From Felis catus (Eukaryota), in the NCBI RefSeq assembly GCF_018350175.1, contig NC_058382.1, positions 52,454,001 to 52,518,000 of the forward strand: DNA of 64,000 bases. The letters run 5' to 3'. The translations under genes were made by a program, and so were the position numbers. The notes beneath the pieces are model-generated. The model worked only from the letters and a program-made list of their open reading frames with translations. It did no database searches and had not been told where the DNA came from. Below, piece by piece: positions 25,868-37,942 of this stretch (within the stretch, counting starts at the first letter, position 1; each line of letters opens with the position of its first letter).

Positions 25868-25980
25868 CAAGGGACGAATTTAAGATAGCAGACACAGTCT
25901 GAGAAGAGACAACCCAGCGATGGTCTGTGCAGCCCTGCCAGACGAGTCTGGTCATTTTGTTCAAGTCTCCGAGCTCACTG
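25868..25980 (+). other. Candidate exon carrying a strong-Kozak ATG (MVCAALPDESGHFVQVSELT, phase-1 donor)
   Basis: Acceptor gttttttgtttcttcag|, gcgATGG at 25920 and donor CTG|GTCAGT. A CpG-rich patch follows. The peptide is not recognised. Confidence 0.3.
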
Positions 25981-26004
25981 GTCAGTTCAGTTTTAGAAAG
26001 TGGT

Positions 26005-26420
26005 AATGCGCCTCCTTACGGCGCGCCCGGGATCCCCTCACCGGCCCAGCTCCGTGCAGGGACTCGGTGTGAACACAGGTGGCGCACGTGAGCAGCCGCG
26101 GGAAGAGGCTCCGTCGCTTTCTCCAGGCTTGCGCCCCGAGGGCGGGCGAGGGTGAGAATCCCTGAGATGTGTCCCCAGCACCCCCAGGCTGGAACGAGCG
26201 CCCTGCCCACACCTGAGCTCCTGTGGCACGTGCACTTCTCCCGCGGCTGCCACCCCATCCTGCCAGGTTCCAGGACTCCCGTGTGCGCGTCCCGTCCCCT
26301 CCGCACCATGTTGGGCTCCTCGTCCCCTGGGCCATCCTCGCCGTGTCCCGGTATCCCAGGGACTTGGGACGTGCCTGTCGGAACGGCGGGATGAATCTTC
26401 GTCGCTCCATTGCGGCGTAT
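26005..26420. promoter_or_regulatory. CpG-rich, GC-rich patch (CpG-island-like)
   Basis: Visibly dense CpGs (ggcgcgcccggg, gccgcgg, gcgccccgagggcgggcgag) outside any recognisable repeat. Confidence 0.4.
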
Positions 26421-26804
26421 CTATCCATCACAGTATTAACTGACTTTTCTGTAGCACCATTTCGTTTGCACGGTACACATGGTAACAAGAAACTGATAAC
26501 GAGTCAGGAAGGGTTTTTTGATGTTCATTTTATCAACGATGCTAACAGCTAATATTTATTGAGCCCCATCTGTGGGCCCCCCCGTGGCCTTTCGCACCGC
26601 CTCACGTTATCCGATGAGGTTTTCACGACAAGCCTGTGAGGTTGTTACTGTCCACACTTTGCCTGTGATGGAAGTGAGAACTGACTGGCCCCAGGCCACA
26701 GGGCAGGAACTCAGGTCCCAGTGTTCCTGACTCCAGAACCCTTGCTCTTAGAGACGTCCGAGCTCGGTCGGCCCTGGAGCCATTGTCGCTTTGGACACTG
26801 AAGG

Positions 26805-27179
26805 AGTCGCAGGGCGGCCGGAACAGAGCACTGCAGCCCCAGAGGCTTAGACAACAGACGTTGTCTCGTGGTTCTGGAGGCTGGAAGTCTAAAGTCAAGG
26901 TGCCGGTAGGGTTGCCTTCCTGTGAGGCTTGTCTCCTTGGTGCACAGCCCTCTCTCCTCTTCCCTTGTGCTCACAGGGTCCTCCCCCCATGCACGTCTGT
27001 GTCCTGATCTCCTTGTCTTGTAAGGACAGCAGTCGGATTAGGGCCCATCCTACTGGCCTCAAGTTACCCTAAACACCTTTTTAAAGGTTCTGTTTTCAAA
27101 TACCGTCACATCCTGAGGGACTAGGGGGTTAGGACTTCAACATGGCAGTTTTGGAGGGAACAGGATTCAGCTCCTAACA
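26805..27179 (-). mobile_element. MaLR solo LTR, MLT1A/B-like
   Basis: 'ggttctggaggctggaagtctaaagtcaaggtgcc...gtaaggacagcagtcggattagggccc...ggttaggacttcaacat...taaca'. Confidence 0.88.
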
Positions 27180-27470
27180 GGACTCTTCTTGGACAGCGTC
27201 AGGGAACAAAGCCAGCATCGCTTTAATCTTTGTAATGTGTATAATGACTCATGAGAGAGCCTCCTACCCCTGAAAAATAGGGCCAAGAGGAGAGGAGACG
27301 GCCGGGAGCCACAGCACTGTGACACGCACTGGTCCGTGGTCCAATACACTTAGCTGACCAGCTTTTCACTGGCGCCTCGGATGTGCCCATCAGTTTCTTC
27401 CCCAAGTAAGAGGAGTGTGCAACAGAGACCTTACTCAGACCACTGTCCCTGTGGGGCAGGTTCCTCAACC

Positions 27471-27668
27471 TTTTGATTTTTATTTTTGAGAGAGAGGGAA
27501 AGAGAGAGAGCGCCAGCTCCATCGGGGGAGGGACAGGGGGAGAGAATCTTAAGCAGGCTCCACGCGGAGCGTGGCCCAACACAGGGCTCGATCTCATGAC
27601 CATGAGATCATGACCTGAGCCAAGATCAAGAGTTGGACCCTTAGCTGACTGAGACACCCAGGTGCCCC
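27471..27668 (-). mobile_element. Older carnivore SINE (SINEC)
   Basis: 'gggctcgatctcatgaccatgagatcatgacctgagcc...cacccaggtgcccc'. Confidence 0.93.
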
Positions 27669-27671
27669 ACC

Positions 27672-27830
27672 TTTTTTTAGTCAAGTATAAGCAGGAAAGG
27701 GCACGCGCTTTGTGTATACTTCAGTGAATTTACCCAAACCGACATGTGCGTGTAATGAGCACCCACATTAATAGGATGATTCCAGAACCCCACTGCACCT
27801 CTCGGGTCCCCTTCCAGCCTCTACTGCTGC
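27672..27830 (-). mobile_element. L1M 3'-end fragment
   Basis: 'ttgtgtatacttcagtgaatttacc...gtgtaatgagcaccca...ttccagaacccc' resembles old L1 3' ends. Confidence 0.5.
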
Positions 27831-29741
27831 ACAGTTTCTAACCGCAGTTGTACACAGTTTGTAGCTGTAAACGCAAAGGAAGATGATGGTCACAGTAAAA
27901 AGACAAGAAAGCCCCACAAAAACATACACACCTTATCTCTATCTGGATTCCTTTAGACCCAGCTCTGCTCTTAATTAACCACGGGACACTGAGGACACAA
28001 ATTGGTCTCTCACTTCAGCGTCCTCTTCTTTCAAATGAGGCGCGACAATCTCCAGACGATAATGAATATAGAATACCTAGGACAGGGTTAGACACACGGC
28101 CGATCGAGGCGGTACACTTACGAGCTAATAAGGAAAGGATGTGTAATAAAGGATGTGTACAAAGGATGTATAAGGAAAGGACGCCTTTGGCTTTCTGGAA
28201 GCGAGGTTCCTAACCAGGAAATGACAGGCTGATTTAATCAGGTGTTTACTGGGGGATCGTTGTTAAGGGGCTGAAGGGGACGGGCCGAGACCTTCTCCGA
28301 GGAACCTGCTGCTTGCCTGGACTGGAAGCCCTCTGGCAGCAGTCCGGTCAGGCGGGGTGCTCTGTGTTCTACAAGTTTGCCCCATGCAACCTTCTTTCAA
28401 ACTTTCTCTGTCCACCACAAGGTACCGGGGAGCTTGGGACATTCAGGGTTCCCGCTCTGTCCCTGGAAGGAAGAAAGTGGTTGTAACAGTGACAGAGATG
28501 CGTGTGCTGCCATGTTCTCTCCAGGCTAGACAGACACTCAACGCTGGGCAGAGTGGAACAGTTTCCTGTCCCCTGTATCCGGGATGCTTGTCCTCGGACA
28601 AACTCCCACACGACACAACATTTTGATATTTACCAGTGTACCTGCAGCTCCTTGATGTACTTGTACTGCACCCGAATTGATTTTCAAGAAATATATTTGG
28701 GAGTTTTTTTTTTCTTTCCTTCGTGCTCTTGGGTTGGCAAGACGCATATTTGCATAGAAATAATCTTGAGTGAGCTCTCCTTGCAAAGGTGTCAAATTTA
28801 TAAACATCACTACTGTAAAGACATGGTTTTGGATATGGATTCCAGCTCCACCCCCCACCCCCCCACCGCCAACCTCAGTTTATTTCTTCCTTCATTTATC
28901 ATGTCTGGGTCGCCACACATTGCGTTTATTTCTTTGGGATTTTGTTTCTGAGCAATTTATTTGCCCAGGTGGTATTTCTGTGTATTAAAGCATATTACTA
29001 TATTTTATTTTGGTTTATTTTATTATACTTTCCATCACAATTTCAAAATAAAACAATCCTATTCTAAGGTTCTTCAAAGCGTCTCTCTGGTGAAGGCAAG
29101 GCATGTGGTAAAGCCTTGTGCCTCCTGTCCCTCCCTCACCCGCATGGTCCACAATTTATCTTTTGAAGATGCTGGGCTTTAATAGGTGGGGTAGAGCACA
29201 GAAACCAGATGGTTTCAACTCACACCTGTGCAAGTGCCGGGATTCCGAAAACATTAAAGTTAATGGCCGGAATCAGGCTGCCAAGCCTCGTGGAATCTTA
29301 CTTAACTGATATGTCATTTTGGTTAGCTGAACTTTTCAGTTAACGGGGAGCTACATTGGCTCCTGTCCCCTCCCCCTCCCCCGCCAGCCAGTCCCTCCTG
29401 GTATGAAATTTGCTTCACTCCCTCCCTCCTCTCCAACCTCACTCGCCCCCAACTCTTTCCTCTCGATGTGTCTTTCTCTCTTGGTATCGCTTATTCTTTC
29501 CTTGTGTCTAGAAGCCTCAGAACCTGGCTTTTATTGGCCAGCTTATAACATTCGATCGTTCATTGTCCTCGGCGAACGTGGAGTTGTTCTAGCCTTTCAG
29601 GCAGCTAGACACAGCTGCCTTTGAGCCTGCCTTGGCTTTTCTTGATGCTTTGGTGCTCCTTGATGCCCAGGTTTATTGTCGCCCTGGATAGAAAGAGGGT
29701 TTTGGTTACCGGGTCGTCAGTTGCCAAGTTTTGACTGTACG

Positions 29742-29955
29742 TTTTTTTTTTTAACGTTTATTTATTTTTGAGACAGAGAGAGACAGAGCATGAACAGGGG
29801 AGGGGCAGAGAGAGAGGGAGACACAGAATCTGAAACGGGCTTCAGGCTCTGAGCTGTCAGCACAGAGCCCGACGCAGGGCTCAAACTCACGGACCGCGAG
29901 ATCGTGACCTGAGCCGAAGTCAGACGCTTAACCGACTAAGCCACCCAGGCGCCCC
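29742..29955 (-). mobile_element. Young feline SINE (SINEC_Fc)
   Basis: Near-consensus body. Perfect 15-bp TSD ttgactgtacgtttt at 29731-29745 and 29956-29970. Confidence 0.98.
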
Positions 29956-30120
29956 TTGACTGTACGTTTTAAGCATACATTTATTTTGTTACATAATACC
30001 TAGCAACCCATTATTCTAGCAAAACCTTGAGAAAATGTGATTATTTGCAATAAATACAGGGCTCTATCTTGATTCGCTCCACCCTCCAAGATTCTAAATG
30101 CTCACTCATAAATGAAATAA

Positions 30121-30355
30121 TTATTTTTTTTAATGTTTTATTATTTACTTTTGAGAGAGAGACAGAGACAGAGACAGTGAGAGAAAGACAGTGGAGGATG
30201 GGGGGAGAGAGGGAGACACAGAATCTGAAGCAGGCCCTGGGCTCCAAGCTGAGCTATGGGCCCAGAGCCTGACATAGGGCTTGAACCCGTGAACAGTGAG
30301 ATAATGACCTGAGGTGAAGTCGGACGCTCCACCGACTGAGCCACCCAGGTGCCCC
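30121..30355 (-). mobile_element. Feline-type SINE (SINEC), more diverged
   Basis: Full body. Degenerate TSD ataaatgaaataatt / ataaatggagtcatt. Confidence 0.95.
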
Positions 30356-30430
30356 ATAAATGGAGTCATTCTGACCCTACTCTGATGAAACTTTGTTTAG
30401 ACGTGAAGCCCTGTGTTTTCTTCCTCTACT

Positions 30431-31065
30431 TGGCAGGTGGATCCTTAGGTGGCCCCACTGATTCCCACTTCCTGGTATCCACTCCCTTGTGATATCCTCC
30501 CCTTGAGTGTGTGGAGAAATGGACTTCTAACCAATAGAATATGGAAAACATGATGGGATGTCACTTCATCGATTAGGCTAAATCACATTGCAAGGTGAAG
30601 GGATCCTGTAGATATAAGTAAGGTCCCAGATCAGTTGGTGCGAGGTTAATCAGAAAGGTTATCATCCTGGGTGGGCCTGGATTAATCAGATGAAAGCCCT
30701 TTAAAGAGGGTCTGAAGCCAGAGTCTCCATTGATGGCTTTGAGGAAGTAAGATGCCATGTGGTGAGAGGAGCTATGGAGTGGGCAATGTGACAAGGAACT
30801 GCAGGAATCTTCTGGATTGGTCCAGAATATACAAGAAAATGGAGATTATCAGTCCTACAGTCTGCAAGAAATTAGTTCTGCCACCAATCTTTGGGAGCTT
30901 AAAGGCGATTGAAATTCCCCTGATAAGTCTCTGATGAGACCACAGCCCAACCCATAAGCCATGACCGTACTCTTGACCCATGAAAACTGTAAGATAATAA
31001 TGTAGGTTGCTTTCAGCCACTAAATTTGTAATAATTTGTTACACAGCAGTGGGAAAGCAAATATA
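30431..31065 (+). mobile_element. MaLR solo LTR, MLT1E-like
   Basis: 'cctccccttgagtgtg...ttctaaccaatagaatatgg...gatgggatgtcactt...ttcagccactaaatttgtaataatttgttacacagca'. Confidence 0.88.
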
Positions 31066-32870
31066 GATAGTGCAGACTTCATTCTTTCCTATTCTGCGCA
31101 GCAAGTTCTAAGTTACTCAACAGAACTCAGAGGACAGCCAGGAAGATAGTGACTCCATAAAAAACATGCATTTTGTAAGCCCCGTTTCTTCACGATTTTC
31201 ATCTCTAAAGTAAGAGGAAAATAATACAGCGCCAGGCTTTCTTTGAGCACTTCAGACATACTTTTACTTACAGAGACACATATTGTCTATCCTAAAATGT
31301 TGTCGGGAGCAGCTCACATGGCCGGAATGTGGCCCCGTCTTTCCTCCATAGGTCATCTTGTGACTTACCGAGGAGAGACGCAGTGACTTCAAGGTATAGG
31401 TCACACTGTCCACTTACTTTATAGATGAGGAAAGTAACAATCCACAGCATCTCACAGGTAGAGCGCAATATAAGTCCTCCGTCTTGAATCACATTGACCT
31501 TGTAGGTCATATGATTTCCATTAGTTTACAGAGCAACCCAAGGGCAGAAGTGAAATTGGAATTTCACTTTGGAATTTCTGAAACCCTGTTTTATTTATAT
31601 ATTTATTTAGTTGTCTTTTTTTTTTTTTTTCTGGCCACCAACCATCTTTTCCTTTGAAAACTCCCCCAGTGCCCCAGCATCAGTTTCTAAAAGGGATATA
31701 TTTCTAACTGGCAGGTCCGGTTGGGCTGTGCAAAGTGTTCCCTACCTTCCCTGCTCACCCAACCCTAAATAATCGTCTGTGTGTTCCTTTTATTGTCACC
31801 TCTGAAACAAGATGAAGAACCCAGTGGTTTGCTTTAGAACGCATTAACTTCTTTATCACATTAATACTGACTTATATCTTACTTCCCACTTGCAGTAAGA
31901 AAACCATTCACTTCTTTCCCTCACAGGACAATATCTTTAATAGCTTCTGTGTGTTTCCTATTTTGGGCTGTTTCTGTATAAACAGACTAATCTAATAGCA
32001 TGCTGAACCATCTAACTTGGCAGAAATTCAGAAAATCACTCATTTCTATGGCAAGCTGGGATGCCAAGCAGGGGGGAAAGCCCTCACTTTTATTGCAGAA
32101 AGATTTTTCTTAAAGTTGTCTTTCATGAACATAATATGTCTATCATTTAGAATTCTCTAGCACCCTGACTAGAAATTATTTATTGCAGAAAGGCACAATG
32201 CTGAACGGGAAAGTATTATTCCCCTTACGATTTCGGGCTTGAATTCATTTGCCTAAAGGAGCGGGATCTTATGAACACAGTTTTGAATGCTGGCACGGTT
32301 ATGAAGGATGGTGCTCACCACCAGGGTACGTGTCCAAAGCCGTTTTCATTGAATCTGCAAGGTGAGAATATCATGGCCCCGTTGCAAACCTGGCTGATGG
32401 CCCGGCCAACCCAGAGTTCTGTCCCTGGAACGAGAGCCTGTCTTTTGGAGGAGGTGTTCTTGCTGAGATTCTAGGACACCCCTCTCCCCCTTTGCTTGGC
32501 TGCCTCTCACAGGTTGTGGGTCCCAAGTGGCCCAAAGTCTTGGCTCCCACTTCTGGTCTCTGAAGCATTGATGGGTCATGAACCATGCTGGTGGAGCCAC
32601 TGACACCTGGGTTTTCTGGGGAGACGGGGGTGACCGGGATGCCCCATGCTCTGTGCCCTTCTCCACGTCTCTTCTAGCTGTCACCTCCCCGTAGGCCAGG
32701 AGTCCCTGGGGCCTGTCCACTTAGGGCTTACATGCCCCCCTTCAGAGTATCAGAGTATGTCCCTACCCAAGCAACCCCCAACGCACTTCTAGAAGGTCAT
32801 ATGCTTTTCTGTATGCTGTTCTTTCACATAGTGTGTGCATGCTTGCATGTGTGTGTACATATACACACAC

Positions 32871-33096
32871 TTTTTTTTTTAATTTTTTTTTTCAACGTTT
32901 ATTTATTTTTGGGACAGAGAGAGACAGAGCATGAACGGGGGAGGGGCAGAGAGAGAGGGAGACACAGAATCGGAAGCAGGCTCCAGGCTCTGAGCCATCA
33001 GCCCAGAGCCTGACGTGGGGCTCGAACTCACGGACCGCGAGATCGTGACCTGAGCTGAAGTCGGATGCTCAACCGACTGCGCCACCCAGGCGCCCC
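32871..33096 (-). mobile_element. Young feline SINE (SINEC_Fc)
   Basis: Near-consensus body. Perfect TSD tacacacactttt at 32862-32874 and 33097-33109. Confidence 0.98.
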
Positions 33097-33114
33097 TACA
33101 CACACTTTTAAAAC

Positions 33115-34030
33115 AGACTTTTTTTAAAAAAAATAGGCTTTGTTTCTTGATCAGTTTTAGATTTATACAAAGACTGAGACACTAGAACGGACTTCCCGCA
33201 TACCTCACCCCCAGCTTCTCCTGTTATTAACATCTTACAAAATCAGGTACATTTATTACAGTTAAATAATATCGATATATTCTTCTTCACTCAAGCCCAC
33301 AGTTTATACACATTTCCTTAGTTTTTACCTAGTGACTTCTTTCTGCTCCAGAATCCCATCCAGGGTCCTACATTACATTTAGTTATTAATGTGTCCTTGG
33401 ACTCCTCAGACAGCAGTAGTGTCTCTGACTTCCCTTGTCCTTGGTGACATGGGCAGTTGTGAGGAGTGCCAGTCCAGGATTATGTATGATGTCCCAATAT
33501 TGGACTTTGTCTTAATGTTTTTTTTTTTTTCCATGCTTAGACTTGGGTTTTGGGTTTTGGAAGAGAAGACCTCAGGGTACAATGTCCTTCTCATCACATC
33601 ATCAGGGTCACATATTGTCACATATGTTAAGGTGAATGATCTCTATTAGACCTTCTTCACCTGGCCTAGGCAGGATCCGTCCCCTCTCTCCAGGATACGG
33701 TTACTCTTTTCCTGTCCATCCCACACTCTTCCTTTTGGAAGGAGGCTGCTGTGTGCAGCTCACGCTATAGGAGTAGGGATTTATGTTCTCGTTCTTGGCG
33801 GGCACAGCATCTACATAAACTATTTGGAATTCTTTTGCATGGGAGATTTGTCCCTTCTCCCCCAGTTATTTATTTATTCAGCCATTTATTTACAGCCGTG
33901 CAGGCTCATGGATATTTATTCTCCGCTTCGGCTTATAATCCAGCACGACTATGTTGGTCTCCTTGCTCACGTTATTCCAGGCCTGGCCATCAGGAGCTCG
34001 GTCAGTTGGCGCCTGTGCCCCTTTGGTACC
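33115..34030 (-). mobile_element. L1MC-type LINE 3' region
   Basis: 'cccccagcttctcctgttattaacatctta...ccagaatcccatccagg...tctacataaactatttggaattcttttgcatgggagatttgtc' matches recalled L1MC 3' ends. Confidence 0.8.
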
Positions 34031-34118
34031 CCGCCGTCGTTGTAAGGTGCGCTTCTGTTTTTGTTTCTGTGTTCATTTCCTTTTTTGTTTTGTTTGTGTC
34101 CTTCCCTCTCCCCCGTCC

Positions 34119-34120
34119 CG

Positions 34121-34174
<54 letters not shown>
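34119..34174. repeat. (CG)5(CA)23 microsatellite
   Basis: Read directly. Alternating purine-pyrimidine tract. Confidence 0.97.
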
Positions 34175-34176
<2 letters not shown>

Positions 34177-36559
34177 GGGCAGCATGCTACCGGGAAATCT
34201 GGGATCTCAGCGGCATTGTTTCTACTCTTAAGAGAAGTCTCATTTGAGCAGTGAGGGGGGTGGGTGAGTTCTTGCTCTCCTTTAACATTTTACCCAATTC
34301 AGGGACCGGAGAGACCACTGTCTCTCTTAGTGCGTTTGCCACCATACCTCTCCAAGGTGGGCCGTCGAGCCTTCCCCCTCACCCCTGCCCCGGCCACACA
34401 GCTCAGCCTCCAAGTCCCCAAAAGGACAGGATGTCAAAAATGCTCAGCCCGGGAGAAGGTCTGGGTCCTGATCCTGGCCCGGCCCCAACTTGGGCATCTC
34501 AGTGTGACCTCTGTCCCCTTTGCACCTCCACATTGAAGGGTTTGCCTCGGCTGGTCTCCAAGGCTTCCTTCAAATCCTGAAGTTCTAGGATACTGGGAGT
34601 CCTTGAGTAAAAAGAAGTCTCCCACCAGGCCTCAGGTGTGTCTGTTGGAAATCTTGTTGAAATCGTGGAGAAAAGGAGAGGAGCAAGAGGAAAGAGGTGG
34701 ACCTGAGCTGATAAAGAGAAGAATGAGAATGAGTGTGTGGGGCGAGGGTGAGGAGAGAAGAAAGAAATAACTTGCCTGTTAATCCCTGTGAAAATGCGGC
34801 AACAACTAACTAAATACATAATTTCTGAAATTTTAGCTAAGAAACTCGGGACCACTAAGCAACAACACGAGTGGCATTAACTGTCTTTCATTTCTGAAAA
34901 GTTACTAGATGAATAGGAGGTGCAAGAGAGAGAAGATAGTGATTTCAATGTGTCAGGCTTTGACAACAGCAATGCACCCTTGGGCAGCTGTAGAAATCAT
35001 AAATTTCCGGATCAAGAGAGGCATTGGCGTTGGTCAGTTGGTCTTTGGACTTGGCATTGGTCAAACCACATCTGGAATCTCATTTTCCGTGTTGGGTATC
35101 ACCTGATAAGAATACTAATGGCAGACTGGAATTGGTCCTTGGTAGAGTGACAGGAGTGACGGGGGCCTTGGGACCAGGGCATTAGGAGAGGGGTTGAGGG
35201 AACCGGAATGTGTTCATCCTGAGGAAGATACAAGAAACACCTGCTTTTGCAAGGCTCAGTAGAGGACAGTCAAGTGTTGTCCTACAGTGGAATGAACCTC
35301 TACACAAAGGATCTGTGCCCTTTGTTGGGGCCGGGAAAGCAAAGGCTGGATGCTTAAACATCTGGTATGGCTGCCGTCGATGGGCTGCAGCTTTGGAGAC
35401 AAGTGTGGCCGGACAGGCACCGGGATCTCTCCCTCTAGTTGGGTTCTGTGGTACTAATGCTTCCTGGAGCTTTTCCTTCTTTTCACTTCACTGGCTCTAA
35501 ATCCCAGCCCCTATCAGAAGTCCTTTGGTTTGCTTCAAATGCAAATTCCAGTCCCTGTGTGGATATTCTTATGCACGGGGAGTTGGGGGGCAGTGTGAGA
35601 TCCAGTGGGCAGACCTGTGTTTCTGTCAGGTTCCCGAGGTGATTCCTATACACGCCAGGAGTCGAGGAGTACCCTCCGAAGTGGATTGCCAACTCCTTAA
35701 GGATAAGAACCATATTTTCTTCCTCTTTTGTATGCGTCCCCATACAAGGATAATTACAGAGAATAAGCACAGAAATGCTTGTTGGTGGATTTATTCCAGA
35801 AAAATTTTTTTTTAGCTCTCTTTGTACGGAACTTTGCAAAATAAACACCATGATCACCCCATGCTTTGCGAGTAGCATGCTAGAATGGAATTTCACTGCC
35901 TTAAGTTGAGTGTTAATTTCTCGGTTTCAACTGAATTCTGAACAGAAGAGGAGACACCTTGGAAAGGTGTGAATGTCGATGCCGAGAACTGGCCAGACAC
36001 TTCCCTTCCAGCACGTTCCATGAGGGACTAAAAGGCCAGCTGTTTTGAACCTCCCATTTCGTGATGGTTCCAGTTTCCTCCTCACTGCGCATTTATCTTG
36101 CATATTTAGGGGCTGTTTCCATTCTATTTTATCTACTTTCCATTCTGAGGTCTTTTGTATAAGTGTTCCCTTGAACCCGTTCCAAAAAGCGGATTTTTAA
36201 CCCAATAGACCACAACTGCAGTGCTTTATCATGCATGCATATTTCAAAATGTGAATGTAAGTAGATTTAGCAAAGTTAAAACAAAATTAAAACTTTCCAA
36301 AGGGTACTCCTGCTTGTTTTTCCACGTTGGACTTTCCCATCGGGATTCTTACGCCATTTAGAAGGCTCTAAAAACAGGAAGAATTTTCGCTTGGGTCTTT
36401 TTTCTTTTTTTCTTTTTTTTTCTCTCTGCAAGGGATAGGGTACAGAAAACGCTACCGAGGTTTGGCCTTGCTCTGTTTTCCTGCACCACCCTCGCTGGCA
36501 GCGGTGGGTGAATTCTGAATCTCGGCCGTTAGCCGGATTGTCAGCACGATTTCTGGTTG

Positions 36560-36910
36560 GCACCTTGCCTCCCCTCCTGCCTCTGTTGAAATCTCTTCTT
36601 CAGGCAGACACTGGAGTCATTTCTCTAAAACAGAAATCCCATTTGCCACTCCCTGTGTCATCACTCCCCCCCCCCCGGCCCTTCATATCCCTTAGGACAA
36701 AACCCCCAATCCTTACCAGGTTCTTCAAGCACCTGCCACTCCCTGCCACCTCCTCTCACCCCACTCCCCTTCCCCCTGGAGGCTGCCAGCACCCCCCCCC
36801 CCCCAACTCCTGCCACAGGGCCTTGACACAAGCTCTTCGCTCTGCCTGGAGTAGTCTTTCCCTCCTACATAACGAATAAACTCTTCTTTCTGACTTCCCA
36901 GGGCTCAGCT
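36560..36910 (+). mobile_element. L2 LINE fragment
   Basis: 'tctctaaaacagaaatc...cccttaggacaaaacccc...cagggccttgacacaagct...tctgcctgga' resembles the L2 3' region. Confidence 0.6.
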
Positions 36911-37296
36911 GGATCGTACTTTCAAGAACTTGGAAAGTGACTTCATCTTTCTAAGCTATGTTTTCTGCTCTGTACGGTGAGGTCAATACCTGTCTGTTCT
37001 TCCTAGGATTTTCTGAAGGGAAGCGAGGAATAAATGATACCATTCACGAAAGCACTTAGCATCCTATTTGGTACATAGTAGGTGGGCATGTTCTGAGCAC
37101 CGGCAGCCATTTTTGAGCTGGTCAGCTGCCTCCACCCTGAGTCCTTTGCTTCAGATGTTCTCACTCCTGTTGCTGCAGATGTCGTGGGCTGGGGGGAGGG
37201 GGTGCGGAGACCAAGAAAGGGAGGGGGAGAATGGGGGAGATGGCGATCTAACCCTTACAGTGCCCTCCACCTACCCCCAGAAGACCCTCCCCAGAG

Positions 37297-37643
37297 GGTC
37301 TGTGTGACTATTTCCCCAGAATTCTTATGTTGAAATCCCACCTCCCAAAGATGCTGGTATTAGAAGGTGGGACCTTGGGGGGGGGGGGCGCTGAATTCGT
37401 GAGGGTGGAGCTCTCCTCAGTGGGATTCTTGCCTTATAAAACGGGCTCCAGAGAGCTCCTCCAGCGTGTGAGGACAGAGAAAAGGCTCTGGCCCTGGAGC
37501 AGGAAGAGGGCCCTCGCTCACGGGACCTCTCTGGCACTCCGTTTTGGAACTTCCAGAGTCCAGAGCTGTGAGAAATGGAGTTTGGTGAATTTAAGCCACC
37601 CAGTGTCTGGTATGTTGTTAGAGCAGCTGGAATACACTGCACA
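37297..37643 (+). mobile_element. MaLR solo LTR, MLT1A-like
   Basis: 'tatgttgaaatcc...ggtattagaaggtggg...tttaagccacccagtgtctggtatgttgttagagcagc'. Confidence 0.85.
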
Positions 37644-37734
37644 CCCCCTTCCTTACGTTTTGGCCGAATGGCCTCTGAGTGTAAGGGAGAGAGGGGCCAC
37701 GTGGAAGAAGGACCCAGCATTTGTTGTCATTGTC

Positions 37735-37942
37735 TTTTGATTTTTAGTGTTTATTCTTTTTGAGAGAGAGCCAGAGCCAGAGACAGAATGTGAATGGGGA
37801 AGGGGCAGAGAGAGAATTTGACTAGGCTCCAGGCCCTGAGCTGTCAGCACAGAGCCCAACGCGGGGCTTGAACTCTCGAGCCGTGAGATCGCAAACTGAG
37901 CCGAAGTCGGACATGTAACCTACCGAGGCCCCCGGGCGCCCC
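37735..37942 (-). mobile_element. Feline-type SINE (SINEC), diverged
   Basis: 'ggctccaggccctgagctgtcagcacagagccc...gagccgaagtcggac...gggcgcccc'. Confidence 0.92.
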
